From the NCBI RefSeq assembly GCF_006345805.1, contig NC_043018.1, forward strand, positions 25,544,001-25,608,000: a stretch of 64,000 bases of DNA, read 5' to 3'. This stretch comes from Octopus sinensis. Lineage: Eukaryota. Positions 50,984-64,000 of the stretch are shown here, one piece after another. The position numbers and the translations under genes were made by a program. The notes beneath the pieces were generated by a model. It saw nothing but the letters and a program-made list of their open reading frames with translations. It did not search any database and was not told the origin of the DNA. Every line of letters starts with the position of its first letter. Position 1 is the first letter of the stretch.

Positions 50984-53626
50984 TACACAGAAGAAAACAA
51001 GGAGAGAGGCGCAGGAGTGGCTGTGTGGTAAGTAGCTTGCTTAACAACCACATGGTTCCGGGTTCAGTCCCAGTGTGTGGCATCTTGGGCAAGTGTCTTC
51101 TGCTATAGCCCCGGGCCGACCAATGCCTTGTGAGTGGATTTGGTAAACGGAAACTGAAAGAAGCCTGTCGTATATATGTATATATATATATATAAGTGTG
51201 TGTTTGTCCCCCTAGCATTGCTTGACAACCGATGCTGGTGTGTTTACGTCCCCGTCACTTAGCGGTTCGGCAAAAGAGACCGATAGAATAAGTACTGGGC
51301 TTACAAAGAATAAGTCCCGGGGTCGATTTGCTCGACTGAAGGCGGTGCTCCAGCATGGCCGCAGTCAAGTGACTGAAACAAGTAAAAGAGTAAAGAGAGA
51401 GAAAAAAAAAGGAGAGAAAAAAAAATATTTTGGAGTAATTGTTTAAAAAAGTTCCCCGGCCCCTGATCAAGACCATCACCAAATCACCATTAATACATCC
51501 GTACAATATCCAGAGTACCTTAGACAAGAAATCAGTTACCAATAGCAACACTCCACCACCACCACCACCACCACCACCAAGAAGAAGACAACCGCGTCAA
51601 ACATAAGAACGACGATGGGTTGCTTCAAACACTTCTCAGTCATTTAAGATTGGTATTTTTAGGCTGCCTGCCCGGTTAGTTGGCTGGTTAAATTGCCCTC
51701 CGCCTCCTTCTCCTCCTCCTCTTCCTTGTCGTCTGTCTATTATTGACCTCCGACTCCCCGCACTTCTCACATTCTTTCTGTTTCTTCCCTCTTCTCTCCC
51801 TCTGGTAAAGGAGGAAGGGGAGGAAGAGAAGTGGATTAGATTAACTTAACAATTGTTGAGTAACCAAGTGGTGGTGGGAGGAGGGTGCATACCTTGACGG
51901 ATTGGGGGTGGGTGGGAGGAAGAAAGAAAGAGGGAGGGAATGAAAGAGGGAGAAAGAAAGAAAAAGAGGAAGGGAAACGAAGAGAGAAACAGAAAATTTG
52001 TGTGTAAGAGAGAAAGAAAGAGAAAGAGAGACAGAGACAGAGAAAACAATTAAGAGATGGGAGAGAGAGAAAGCAATTAAGAGATGGGAAGGGAAGGGAT
52101 AGAGAAAGAGAGAGAGTGAAAATGAAAGAGAGAGAGAGGGAAAGAAAGAGAACGAGAGAAAAAACAAAGAGAGGGAGAAAGAGAGTAAAAGAAATATGAC
52201 GAAAAGCGAGGATAAGAGAAAAGACAAAGAGAGAGGGAGAGGCAGAGAGTAACAGAAAAAGACACAGAGAGAGAAAGAGAGAAAGTGAGAGAAAGAGAAA
52301 GAAAAGGAGAGCTGGGTGGGGACAGCTTCCTTTTGATTATCACACACACATACATAAACATGAATACATACACACTCACTAAAGCGCACACACATACACA
52401 CAAACACACTCCAAGTGACTCTGCGACACACACACACAAACATATAAACACATACACACACTGAGCAATATAGATTTTGACATTATTACACTTACGTACA
52501 CACACACACAAGCATTTACACATACAAACATTCTATTAGTGACACATACACACAATGAACACTATAGATTTTGACACCGCTACAATTACACACACACACG
52601 CACACTCGTAATAACATTGACAACAACCACAGCTAGTACGACGGCTATCACCACCACCATCACCACAATACCACCACCACCACCACAACACCACCACCAC
52701 CACCACTACCACCAGTATCACCGCCACCACCGCCGCTGCCGCCACCGCCGCCTCCACCACCGCCGCCTCCACCACCGCCGCCACTATCGGAACTGCTATC
52801 GCCACTGTAACTATCGCCTTTCTCACCACCACCACCACCACTACCGTCACAACCCTCCAATCACACTACTACTGCTACTACTACTACAACCACTGTAACC
52901 ATCAGTTACTTCCTGAAAACACTGGCGACAACAACAACAATAACTATCGCAATCATTACTTATTATAGATCATCAACACCACTACCACCACCACCTTTAT
53001 CGCCCAAACAACACCACTACCAACACTGTACCACTACAGATCATACCACAAACACGACAACCAGCCGTTTTTTTTATCAGGGCAAAAAGCCACTGTCAAA
53101 TTCCAATGTGTTCAGGAGCAGGGATTAAAACTGGAATTGTTTCTGTGACGAAAGTTGCTTTCTTTAAGGTAAAAAAATAAATCGAATATCGATCTTTTAA
53201 AGTTATTTCTTAGTTCTCTCTCTCTCTTTCTGTCTCTCTCTCTCTCTCTAAAAAAAAACAGCTTGATGGTGATGATAAAAAGTGTGTGTGAATAATGTAC
53301 AGAATTAAATTGTTTTTAATACTTCTATCAGGACATCGTATCATTCTGGTCAATTATAGTTCTTATTCTCTGCTCTTTAATCACTCTTAACTTCTGACCA
53401 TTATTAATATACATTATATATATATATATACATATGCGTGACGAAATTATAAAATTACGTTAATTTGCTTCTTAGGCAGTCTGTTCACTGACTTGTTTAT
53501 CGGATTTATCTATCTGCCCGTTTCCAGAGTTCGATTTCCTATGACTAGATCTGTGAACACTTGATTGCCTCATATTTATATATAAGCCCCCACACACACA
53601 CACATGCACGTCTGTCTGTCTGACTT

Positions 53627-53703
<77 letters not shown>

Positions 53704-54088
53704 TCCTTTTGATCGAAAACCAAACCCCCCTCTTTTACCCCCAAAAGAAAAGCTCTACCTTGTAATTTTGTCCTGTCTGTGTGCAGTCCTGTGTGGCTAA
53801 TAAAGAAACATCTGTCTATTTATCTCTCTCTCTCTATCTATCTAGTTAGCTATCGATCTATCTACAAATATTCATATATACAGATGTGTGTGTGTTCAAA
53901 TAAATCCTAAATTATATATATTTGTGTGGTTAAGAAGTTTGATTTTGTACCACAGAGTTCCAGGTTCAGTCCCACAACATAACACCTCGGCCAAGTGTCT
54001 TCTACGATAGCCCTAGGCAAACCAAAGCCTTGTGAATGGATTTGACTGACGAAAACTGAGAGAAGCCCGTTGTGTGCGTGTGTGCGTG

Positions 54089-54120
<32 letters not shown>

Positions 54121-54215
54121 TAAAATATTATTAGAGACAAAACCACTATTTTGCAAAACAAACAAGGAAAGACTTAATCAATACATAAAATTTTAATAAA
54201 TAGTCAAAAAAACCG

Positions 54216-54258
54216 CCACTACAATCGTTTCTTGTCTTGATCGACAATCTTCAGGTGG
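54216..54258 (-). ncRNA. 43-nt minimal type I hammerhead ribozyme motif
   Basis: Minus strand reads CCAC-CTGAAGA-TTGTC-gatcaa-GACAA-GAAA-C-GATT-G-TA-GTGG. All three stems pair; the U:A at 10.1:11.1 is atypical. Confidence 0.75.
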
Positions 54259-54806
54259 ACTTCCAATCTAAAAAATCAATATTTTAAAATATAAAAATAA
54301 TAATTTTAAAATAATTAAAGTATGAATGAAAAAATATAAGTATATAATCCATATATAACCTATCTATAATCCATATATAATCAATATATAAACAATATAT
54401 AAACTAAAAAAACCTATCAACAATTAAATATAAAATATAAAATAATAATAAACTATATATACACCCATACACATATACCTAATTATATATAACCATATCT
54501 AACTACATACACTAAATCACACACCTATATATATATCCCTATACATACACATAAAAATGTCTAGGCAACTATAAATAAGATGTTATATAGGCCTTGTGAG
54601 TGGATTTAGTAGACGGAAAGTCCATAAAGTGCTTGGCTTTACCGTGTATTATCAAACTTTAAAACTTGTTGGCCTATGGCCTCTAGAAATCTAGAGGCCC
54701 TTTGCTAGAGAGGCCATAGGCCAACAGGTTAAGGGTGTGATGATACGCTGTAAACCTAAGCGCTTTATGGACTTGAAACTCAGGGTAATCCCATAGACCG
54801 GCCTTA

Positions 54807-54838
<32 letters not shown>

Positions 54839-55595
54839 CCTAACTTATCTCTCTCCCTCTCTCCACACACACACATCTCTATTAATAATTGTATGTGCGG
54901 GATCTGTTTTAACTTGTCTGTTTGGATGAGACATAAAGGCCAATATATACGACCAATTGTTTTTCTTTTTGTTCTATTCTGATCGCATATATTTGTCTTT
55001 CATTTTTATGTAACTGTGTCTTATTATCGGCGTATCGTATCTTATTTTATTTTTTGACTCCTTATTCCTTTATCATTGCTTGTATACGAAAGATTCTTTC
55101 ATTATATCTTATGTAATTATGGAGAAGGACGGAATGCAACACTAACCAAAAATATATTGTTACAGGAATAAGCGAAACGGCAAGTGAAAAAACGAGGTAC
55201 TTTTCGAAAAGTTACCCGAGGACACGCATCTGCGCCTATGATGTTTAATAATTGATTGTACAGTGTCTTGCCTTGTAAGTTACGGGTGGAAGATGATGTG
55301 TCGAAACGATCGGATCGGTTTTGAAGAGTCTCGTGAATTCAATTTTCTGTGTTTAACATTTTTTATAGGTATATGTGTGTGTGTGCGTGACTTGTCTAAG
55401 AGACTACAAGTCTATTACATAGAGAGCGGTCACCATATTCCCTTCCATATCGGTTATCACTGATGAGCGTAAAGTTGTATAATCGGTTTGTTACCTAACA
55501 CTCCATTATATTCTTTACACGAAACCGACTGGTAAGATCAGTCGTGATGGATATTCAATACTATACATTTCGGATAATATATATATATAGTATAT

Positions 55596-55643
<48 letters not shown>

Positions 55644-56037
55644 CACACAGACTCACACACGTACACACACAGATAAATAAACCACATGGTTCTTGGTTCA
55701 GTCCCACTGTGTGACACCTTGGGCAATGTCTTCTAAAGTCTTGGGTTGACCAAGGCCTTGTGAGTGGATTTAGTAGACGGAAACTGAAAGACGCCCATTG
55801 TATGTGTGTGTGTGTGTCTGTTTGTCCCTACCCATCGCCTCTTGACAACTGGTGTTGGTGTGTTTACATCCCTGTAACTTAGTGGTTTGCCAAAAGCAAC
55901 TGATAGAATAAGTACTAGGCTTAGAAAATAAGTCCTGGGGTCGATTTGCACAACTAGAACCCTTCAAGGTGGTGCTCCAGCATGGCTGCAGTCAAATGAC
56001 TGAAACAAATAAAGGATATAATATATATATATATATA

Positions 56038-56258
56038 CCGGAGTAAACACATAAATGTGAAACAAGGTGGAAAAAAGAGTACTCAAATACCAGTGGTAGA
56101 GTAATATGCTTTATTTAAAGCAGCAGAAAATTCAACAAAACACTTACTCTGAGTTTCACGTTGCTGTTCATTGGGCAGTAGCAAAAACTGTCCGATGAAC
56201 GGCAACGTGAAACTCAGAGTAACAGGTTTTGTTGAATTTTCTGCTGCTTTAAATAAAG
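56038..56258. mobile_element. Short foldback element (150-bp palindrome 56109-56258 plus one-sided extension)
   Basis: ctttatttaaagcagcagaaaattcaacaaaac...gttttgttgaattttctgctgctttaaataaag. Carries a hammerhead-like motif. Confidence 0.65.
56188..56225 (+). ncRNA. Hammerhead-like motif with variant core CCGAUGA
   Basis: CTGT-CCGATGA-ACG-gcaa-CGT-GAAA-CTC-a-GAG-TA-ACAG. U4C core change, GNRA tetraloop on stem II. Confidence 0.45.
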
Positions 56259-56311
<53 letters not shown>

Positions 56312-56493
56312 CCGCGTGTGTACCGTTGGCAATTTTTTACCTCCGTCTTCCTTTCCTTGGATCTTTCCTTTTCCTACGTTTATGATGAAGAGCTCCACTC
56401 AAAACATTAAATCCTCTTTCTTTCCTTTCCTGAGCGTCCAATAACACTATACTTGTTCCATATCCCCGCGTTATTGTGTTTTCATGTTTGGAT

Positions 56494-56528
<35 letters not shown>

Positions 56529-57849
56529 AGACAAGTTCACAAGTGCAGAATATACACTGCAGTAACTTATCTATCAATAACATGCATTGTGTAGGATATG
56601 CTGGTGACCACCACATATATTTATATATGTATATTACTACTACGACCACCGGTCTCTACTACTATTGCTATTACACCTAACGGTCACTTTCAGTATTACA
56701 ACCAATGATTCTAGTCAACTTTTCTTTTATTACACTTAACTTTTAAAAATATATATTTTTGATAAGGTTCGTTTCTTTCAAGAAGAACCAAAACATGTAA
56801 AATCTCTCAGAAAATTAAAATTTATCTTATATAGTGGCGTTTTCAAACTTCTTTTTTTATATCTACCTGTCTATCTATCTATCTATTTATCTATCTATCT
56901 ATCTTTATATGTTTGTATGTGTGTATGTGTATATACATATCTATGTATATACCTACATATATTGTTCTTGCTAAAATTATCAGATAAGCAACAGTCAACA
57001 GTCAAATTTCCCACATGAGTAACAGTTATGTACTCTAGAAAATGTATTGAGTAATCTTTCAGCTTCAATGCAAAAGAATTGTTTTACTGTAACTTGACAT
57101 ATGCTAGCGTGGAAAGCGGACGTTAAACGATGATGATGATGATGATGATGATGATGATATATACACACATACACACACATATATATACACAAATATGTAC
57201 ATTCATATGTATATATATCTATATATATAGAGAGAGATATATTCACATATATGTACTATAAGTACAACACACACACACCTGTGAATGTTTGCTTTATGTC
57301 AAGTTACAGTAAAACAATTCTTTTGCATTGAAGCTGAAAGATTACTCAATACATTTTCTAGAGTACATATCTGTTACTCATGTGGGAAATTTGACTGTTG
57401 ACTGTTGCTTATATATAGGCGCAGGAGTGGCTGTATGGTAAGTAGCTTGCTAACCAACCACATGGTTCTGGGTTCAGTCCCACTGCGTGGCATCTTGGGC
57501 AAGTGTCTTCTGTTATAGCCCCGGGCCGACCAATGCCTTGTGAGTGGATTTGGTAGACGGAAACTGAAAGAAGCCTGTCGTATATATGTATATATGTATG
57601 TGTGTGTGTGTGTTTATCCCCCTAGCATTGCTTGACAACTGATGCTGGTGTGTTTACGTCCCTATCACTTAGTGGTTCGGCAAAAGAGACCGATAGAATA
57701 AGTACTGGGATTACAAAGAATAAGTCCCGTGGTTGATTTGCTTGACTAAAGGCGGTGCTCCAGCATGGCTGCAGTCAAATGACTGAAACAAGTAAAAGAG
57801 TATATATATATAAATAAATATATATTTATGTATGTATATATATATTTTA

Positions 57850-59329
57850 GGTCCTCCCATTAATAATGTGGTTTTTTATACTTCTTTTATTTTTCAAAAT
57901 TAAGATAAAGTTCCTTTTTAATTTAAAATATACCCTCCTTCATTCTCTACAACGCTCTTCCATTTATGTGGTAGACTTGCAAAACCTCTCTTCCAAAATT
58001 CACTTGTGTCTGATGAAAAATACTCCTCTAGTTCTGTTCTGATCTTGTCTACAGAATTCATATTTTCTTCATTCAAATGATTTTGAAGACTGCAGAATAA
58101 ATGACAATCAGCAATGTCCAGCGAATATGGTGGGTGAGGCATCATTTCACATTCAAACTGCTATAACTTTTGGAATGTCATCCTCGCTGTATGTGGCTGA
58201 GCATTATCCTGATGGAAGAACACCTTTCATCTTGAAATCAAAGACAGTCATTTTTCTTCTAGTGTTGACTTAAGCCACTCAGGCTTAACCCTTTTGTGTT
58301 CAGATTATTCTATCAAACATAATGCCTATTGATTCACATTGATTTGAATTAATCATGCATTATCTCATATCTTCAAGATCTTGATGGTGTAATTACTTAA
58401 TGTAGAATAACATTGTAGGGTAGGTGTGAGGGCCTGGATCTGGTCAGTTTGAGCGTAAAACAGATTAAATATTTTGGCTGGATATGGCCGGTTTAAATAC
58501 TGAAGGGTTAAGCTGCAGTAGATCTCTGTTGTTATGGTTTGGTTTGTGTTTAAAAGTTTGAAGCAGACAAAACCTTTCATATTCCACCAAACAGATAACT
58601 ACACCTTACGTGGGTGAAGACTTTCTTTAGCCTAGAGTGCCAGTGTTTCTCTTTCGCTACCCATTGTCTTCGGCACTTGACATTTTTATAGAGAACCCAT
58701 TTCTTGTCACCAGTCACTATTCGGTCCAAAAAATGGTTCATTCATGAGACTTGACAGTAAAGAAGAGTACACATTCCCTCTCTGTGCGCAATTAGACTCG
58801 GAAAGTTTGTGAAGAACCTATTGACTCAATTTTCTGACTTTTCCGTTGACATGCAGCTGTTAATAAATGGTTGAATGACTAAATTCTCAACAGTTACAAT
58901 GGGATTTTGTTCTACCAGGGTTTGCAGGACGTCCTCATCAAGCTCTAAAGATCTTCCAGGATGAGGCTTGTCTTCTAGGCTGTAGTTTCCAGCTCAGGAT
59001 TTCTGGAACCACCATTGACGCTGGCTTACGCTTATTTCCTGATCCCCATATACTGCATTAATATTCCTTGCACTTTCCATTGCATTGTTGCCTTTATTTA
59101 ACTCATTAAACAAAATATGTCAAATATGCTCCTTTGTCACTTCCATTATAGCTTTGAAAAGATAACTGTTAAAATCGAACTGCACTCTTCAAAACTTGCA
59201 CTAAGAATAAGGATAACCTAAAATTGCTACCTGCTTATACAGCAAGTTGATACAGGTAGTTTATCCCATCCCGCTCTGACTTTTAGTTCATGCTATTGAA
59301 AAAACTGCACTATATATGGGATAACCCAA
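57850..59329 (-). mobile_element. Old mariner transposon interrupted by a TTAA MITE
   Basis: ORF 57918-58145 PHPPYSLDIADCHLFCSLQNHL...WKSVVENEGGYI. Further decayed transposase sequence extends to ~59150. Weakly similar termini. Confidence 0.75.
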
Positions 59330-59365
59330 TATATATATATAAATATGTGCACATGCATTTATGTA

Positions 59366-59409
<44 letters not shown>

Positions 59410-59580
59410 ATAATATACATATATATATATAATAAAGGTGGCCCATTTATGATTTGAAACTGAAGGGCGGAAGCACAGATGTCACTAAAGTGACTAACAT
59501 ACAAGTGCTTCCTTGTGCCTATGAGTTGTTTAGATTCCTATTTCTAGCAATGCTGGTGCTCTTAGTCACTTTAGTGATGT

Positions 59581-59628
<48 letters not shown>

Positions 59629-60366
59629 CAAAAGAGGGGGTGTATTTCCATGCAGGGAAATATATCTGCAAATTTGTCGTTGAAAATGCACCTAAATTTG
59701 GAAAACTTGTGATTGTCTATTTGCATATACACCAAACTAGTTTTTTTAGAATTATTCTACCATTGATAAACAAAATATATTGTTGAAACTAGTTTGGCAT
59801 CTATGTAAATAAATTTATTTTAAACATTTACAAGTTTTTCAAATTTAGGCGCATTTTCAACAATAAATTTGCCTATATATATATATATGTATAATTTTTA
59901 TAATTATGGGTATAATTATAATTAGGGTTCAGCAAAAACGAAATTTAGAAATAGCAGCCAAAAGACTAGCTATTTCTCTACCATAAGAAAATTTCCCAGA
60001 CAACATATACTCAAAACAATCCACGTAGGCAAAGTGAAAAAATAACGAATTCACCCGGCATTTGATTAACTGTAGACACGTTTTGGAGTTTGATAGATAT
60101 GAAAAATGCAAAAACCACATTTCCATTCTATCATTCTCTATCAATTACCTTTTGTCATTGAGACTAAAGGTGTAAGGTAATATTGAATAAGTGTTATAGA
60201 TAGACCATAGTTAATTTCCAGGTTCAGTGATTTTATGAATACAGGGTTCAACGTTGGTCATATGTCAGCGTGTATATATAAGTAATTTGTTTTCGTAATG
60301 AGATAAAAAATCAAGGCTGTGTAGACTTTAGAACATTGAGTTACATAATAGTGGTTTTATCTCTAA

Positions 60367-60414
<48 letters not shown>

Positions 60415-60926
60415 TATATATACACACACCCATATGAATATATATATCATTATTATCATCAAATGATGATGATGATATATATATTCATATGGGTGTGTGT
60501 ATATGTGTAGGTATATAATGTATGTATACAGGTATTCATTTATTCTTTTACTTGTTTCAGTCATTTGACTGCGACCGTGCTGGAGCACTGCCTTAAAGGG
60601 TTTTAGTCGAAGAAATTGACTCCAGGACTTATTCTTTGTAAGCCTAGTACTTATTATATTGGTCTGTTTTGCCGAACTACTAAGTTATGGGGACGTAAAC
60701 ATACCACCATCGGTTGTCAAGTGATGGCGGGGGAATAAACAGACACACACATTAATGTACACACACACATATTTGCGATGGGATTCTTTCAGTTTCTGGC
60801 TACTGAATCCACTCACTTTAGTTGGCCTAAGTCTATAGTAGAAGACACTTGTCCAAGGTTCCATGCAGTGGCACTGAACCCAGGACCATTTGTTTATGCA
60901 TGTATACATACCTACATACAAGCATG

Positions 60927-60965
<39 letters not shown>

Positions 60966-61704
60966 ACATATAGTATACATATACATATATACAAGAATCT
61001 CTATGAATTCAACAAGATTTTGTGTTTTTATGCAAAATGAAGATGAACACCATTCCTCCATGTGGTTGGTTTGAAAAACTGTCAAGATATTAAAACAATT
61101 TTCTTAACATGAAACCAATGATAGCCTTAATTCACAAATAAAGAAATTCTGTCTAACAATGCAGTGTTGAGCACTCATTTTCATCATTTGACATTTATAT
61201 ATATATATATACATATATATAAATACATACACATATATATATATATATATATATATGCCCATATATGCATGTGTATACAAATATATGTATGTAGCTTGCT
61301 TCCCAACCACATGATTCTTGGTTCAGTCCCACTGTGTGGCACTTTCGGCAAGTATCTTCGACTGTAGCCTCGGGCCAACCAAAGCCTTGTGAGTGGATTT
61401 GGTAGACGGAAACTGAAAGAAGCCCATTGTATATCTGTATATATGTGTGTGTGTGTGTTTATATATGTTTGTGTGTCTGTGTTTGTCCCCCCACCATCAC
61501 TTGACAAAAAGTGCTGGTGTGATTATGCCCCCGTAACTTAATGGTTTGGCAAAAGAGACTGATAGAATAAGTACTAGGCTTGCAAAGAATGAGTCCTGGG
61601 GTTGATGTGTTTAACTAAAGGCAGTGCTCCAGCATGGCTGCAGTCAAATGACTGAAACAAATAAAGGAGTAAAAGAGTAACTGGCACTCCATCAGTTACA
61701 ATGA

Positions 61705-61950
61705 CAACATGAAGAGGGTTTCTTCAAAGCAGTCATTGGACCAGAGCTTCTCTATGACCCTTACTGGTACATATACAAAAATGCTTCATGCAGTTCTCAA
61801 TCTTTCTTGGCAGCAACATTCTCCAAAGTAGTGAGTGTACAGCAAGCTTCCTACCACCACCTCAGTAATCCGAGAAAGAAGAACACATTATGCAAGACAC
61901 TGCTGGAGAAGCAAGGATGAAACATCCAGGGATCTCCTTCTCAGGAAACC
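61705..61950 (+). mobile_element. RTE-clade LINE ORF remnant
   Basis: LPTTTSVIRERRTHYARHCWRSKDETSRDLLL, resembling the RTE-type ...RRLRFAGHCWRS... C-terminal block. Confidence 0.65.
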
Positions 61951-64000
61951 CATGCATGTAAAAGAGCATAGGGCTGGTTTCCTGGTTTCTCTGGCGTATA
62001 TATATTCCTCCCTTGATGAGACACCAGTCAGTCATAGGCTTATTTGTTTTTACTTGTTGAGTGGACTGGAACAATGTGAAATGAAGTGTTTTGCTCAAGA
62101 ATACAATGGTCCTGGAGTTGAAACCACAACCTGATCACTAAGCCATATACCTTCACATCAAAGACTAATAAGAAAATATTAACAAAAATCCTTATTAAAT
62201 TATGTGGAACTCAAAAGAAAAGAAAACAAAAAAAACATGGCTTAAGGACTAGTCCAAGAATTGAAACCATAATCCAAAGATTACAAGGCCAAGAGCCTGA
62301 CCACTAAGCCATGTGCCTCCACATTAAAATCTAATAAGAAAATATTAAAAATCCTTTTTAAAAAACACGGAACTCGAAAACATGGTTCATTGCCTGGAAT
62401 CGAAACCACAATGTTATGAGTGAAACACCTTGGCCATTAAGCCATGGGCCTCCACATTGATGACTAATGGGAAAATATTAGCAAAAATCCTTATTAAAGA
62501 ATATGACTCTGCCTTTAATGCAACATTAACTCACACACATGATGGAGCCTATCCTCTTCAGGTTTAAATATGGTTGATATCTTTCTGAGAGAAAGAAAAT
62601 AAGAGAGAAGAAACCTCGATCCCAGCACTGGACAAGTACTTGATGTACCAACCCCTGAAAAGATGGAGGGCAAAGTTGACCTTTGTAGGGATTGAAACCA
62701 AAGTGGAAAGAACTGGAATGGCTATCACTAGGCATCCTGTCTAATGCTGTAATGACTCTGCCAATTTGCCACTTTAATTAGTCTTTGTATATTGAGCTCT
62801 TATGTAAATACTGTGTGCCCAAATACTCATTAATGAGTGCCTAAATACTCGTTAACTCAGATTTCTTGTGTGTTTTTATTTGATTTATAAATCAATAACA
62901 TTTTTTTCTTTTGTGTGTCTCTAAAACTGTCAGCCGAGCTACCTGACTGACGACTTGCAGAGGTACCGAATAACTATTGATCTATTGATTATTTATCCAT
63001 ACTTACAGGTGTTGTGAGTCCATATAGTATACATAAATAAATAAATATATGCTCACACGCATGCAGATATATACATTTACAAGTACTTACACCCAAACAC
63101 AAACACACATGTATAGCAAATTAGCTGGTAAATTGTATTTATTATGCAACAGTGGAAGGCTGCGACTGCTTTAGTGGAGAACGAAGGGGACTCTGAATGA
63201 AGTTGTGATTATCAAGTTACATTCACTACAATAGAGGCCCAATCAAGATCGATCTGATACTGAGAATGGTGATACACACAGACAGACAGACAGATACACA
63301 CACGTGTATGTTGTGTAGGTCCTAATGGGAGAGAAAATTCAGTGTATTTTTCCAATGCAGCATTTAATCTGAATTCCTGGCTATCTACACCCTCATATTG
63401 AAACTTTGAGAAAAATCCCAACTTCACTGGTGCTGAGAGTCCAGTTACATCACCGCCCCCACTAGAGCCAAAACCACCACCACCACCACCACCACCACCA
63501 CCACCACCACAACTATCACCACCATCATCATTTAACGTCCATTTTCCATGCTGGCATGGGTTAGATGGTTTGACTAGAGCTGGAAAGCCAGAGAGCTGCA
63601 CCAAGCTCCCAGTTGTCTGTTCTGGCTTGGTTTCTTTGGTCGGATGCTCTTCCTAATGCCAACCACTCTACAGAGTGTACTGGGTGTCTTTCAGATGTCA
63701 CTGTCACGGGTACATTCTATGCATCACCAGCACGAGTGCCTTTTATGTATCATTGGCACACGTGCCTTTTCATGTCACTGGCCCAGGTGCCTTTTATGTG
63801 TTACTGGCATTGGCCATGACCACAATTTCACTTGGCTTGACATGTTTTCTCAAGAACTGCAAATCACCAGAAGTCTCAATCATTTGTAATTTCCTCTGTG
63901 AGACTCAACAAGTGAAGATCATATTTCCCCACTTTGTCCCGCGTTTCCTTGGGTCTACCTCTTCCGCAGGTTCCATCTACAGTTAGAGAGTGGCACTTCG

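Larger units (their letters stand above)
43280..51830 (-). other. Candidate unannotated spliced transcript (exons ~51540-51643+, 49599-49646, 46291-46601 or 46291-46369, 45623-45682, ~43280-43802)
   Basis: Islands of unique sequence bounded by GT/AG sites with compatible phases. No recognisable homology; lncRNA or orphan micro-protein. Confidence 0.33.

Noticed and set aside
56378-56412. TTT-ATGATGA-A-GAG-ctcca-CTC-AAAAC-ATT-AAA, a hammerhead-like remnant
   Set aside because: C3 and G12 of the core are mutated, so it cannot be called a ribozyme. At most it is a fossil of the 50946-type architecture.
59668-59875. Old degenerate palindrome, checked for a hammerhead
   Set aside because: Arms are heavily diverged and no CUGANGA core is present.
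63212-63604. 130-aa minus-strand ORF with a protein-like middle (VKLGFFSKFQYEGVDSQEFRLNAALEKY)
   Set aside because: It starts in a retroposon tail and poly-Gly microsatellite, has no convincing splice sites and no recognisable family.

Overview
AT-rich, microsatellite-saturated animal genomic DNA. The repeat content looks like a coleoid cephalopod such as Octopus, which is an inference from the SINE and MITE families. One protein-coding gene is securely identified: DDX41/abstrakt, a DEAD-box helicase on the minus strand. It has 13 coding exons between 24621 and 3768, all splice phases are consistent, and the last ~2 exons lie beyond the left edge of the window. A possible unannotated spliced minus-strand transcript lies at ~51.8-43.3 kb. 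Most of the rest is interspersed repeat: tRNA-headed SINEs; RTE, L1/Tx1 and R4/Dong LINE remnants; Tc1, mariner and DD37D fossils; hAT-like, piggyBac-like and 9-bp-TSD MITEs; a Helitron; and a 1.07-kb tandem duplication. The most interesting signal is a set of minimal type I hammerhead ribozyme motifs from several unrelated repeat families. Two ~420-460 bp near-perfect palindromes each carry one hammerhead per strand, and their stem I shows compensatory covariation. This architecture resembles Penelope-like or retrozyme-type elements. Nearly all ORFs in the supplied track are microsatellite or SINE artefacts. No rRNA, true tRNA or CRISPR array was found.
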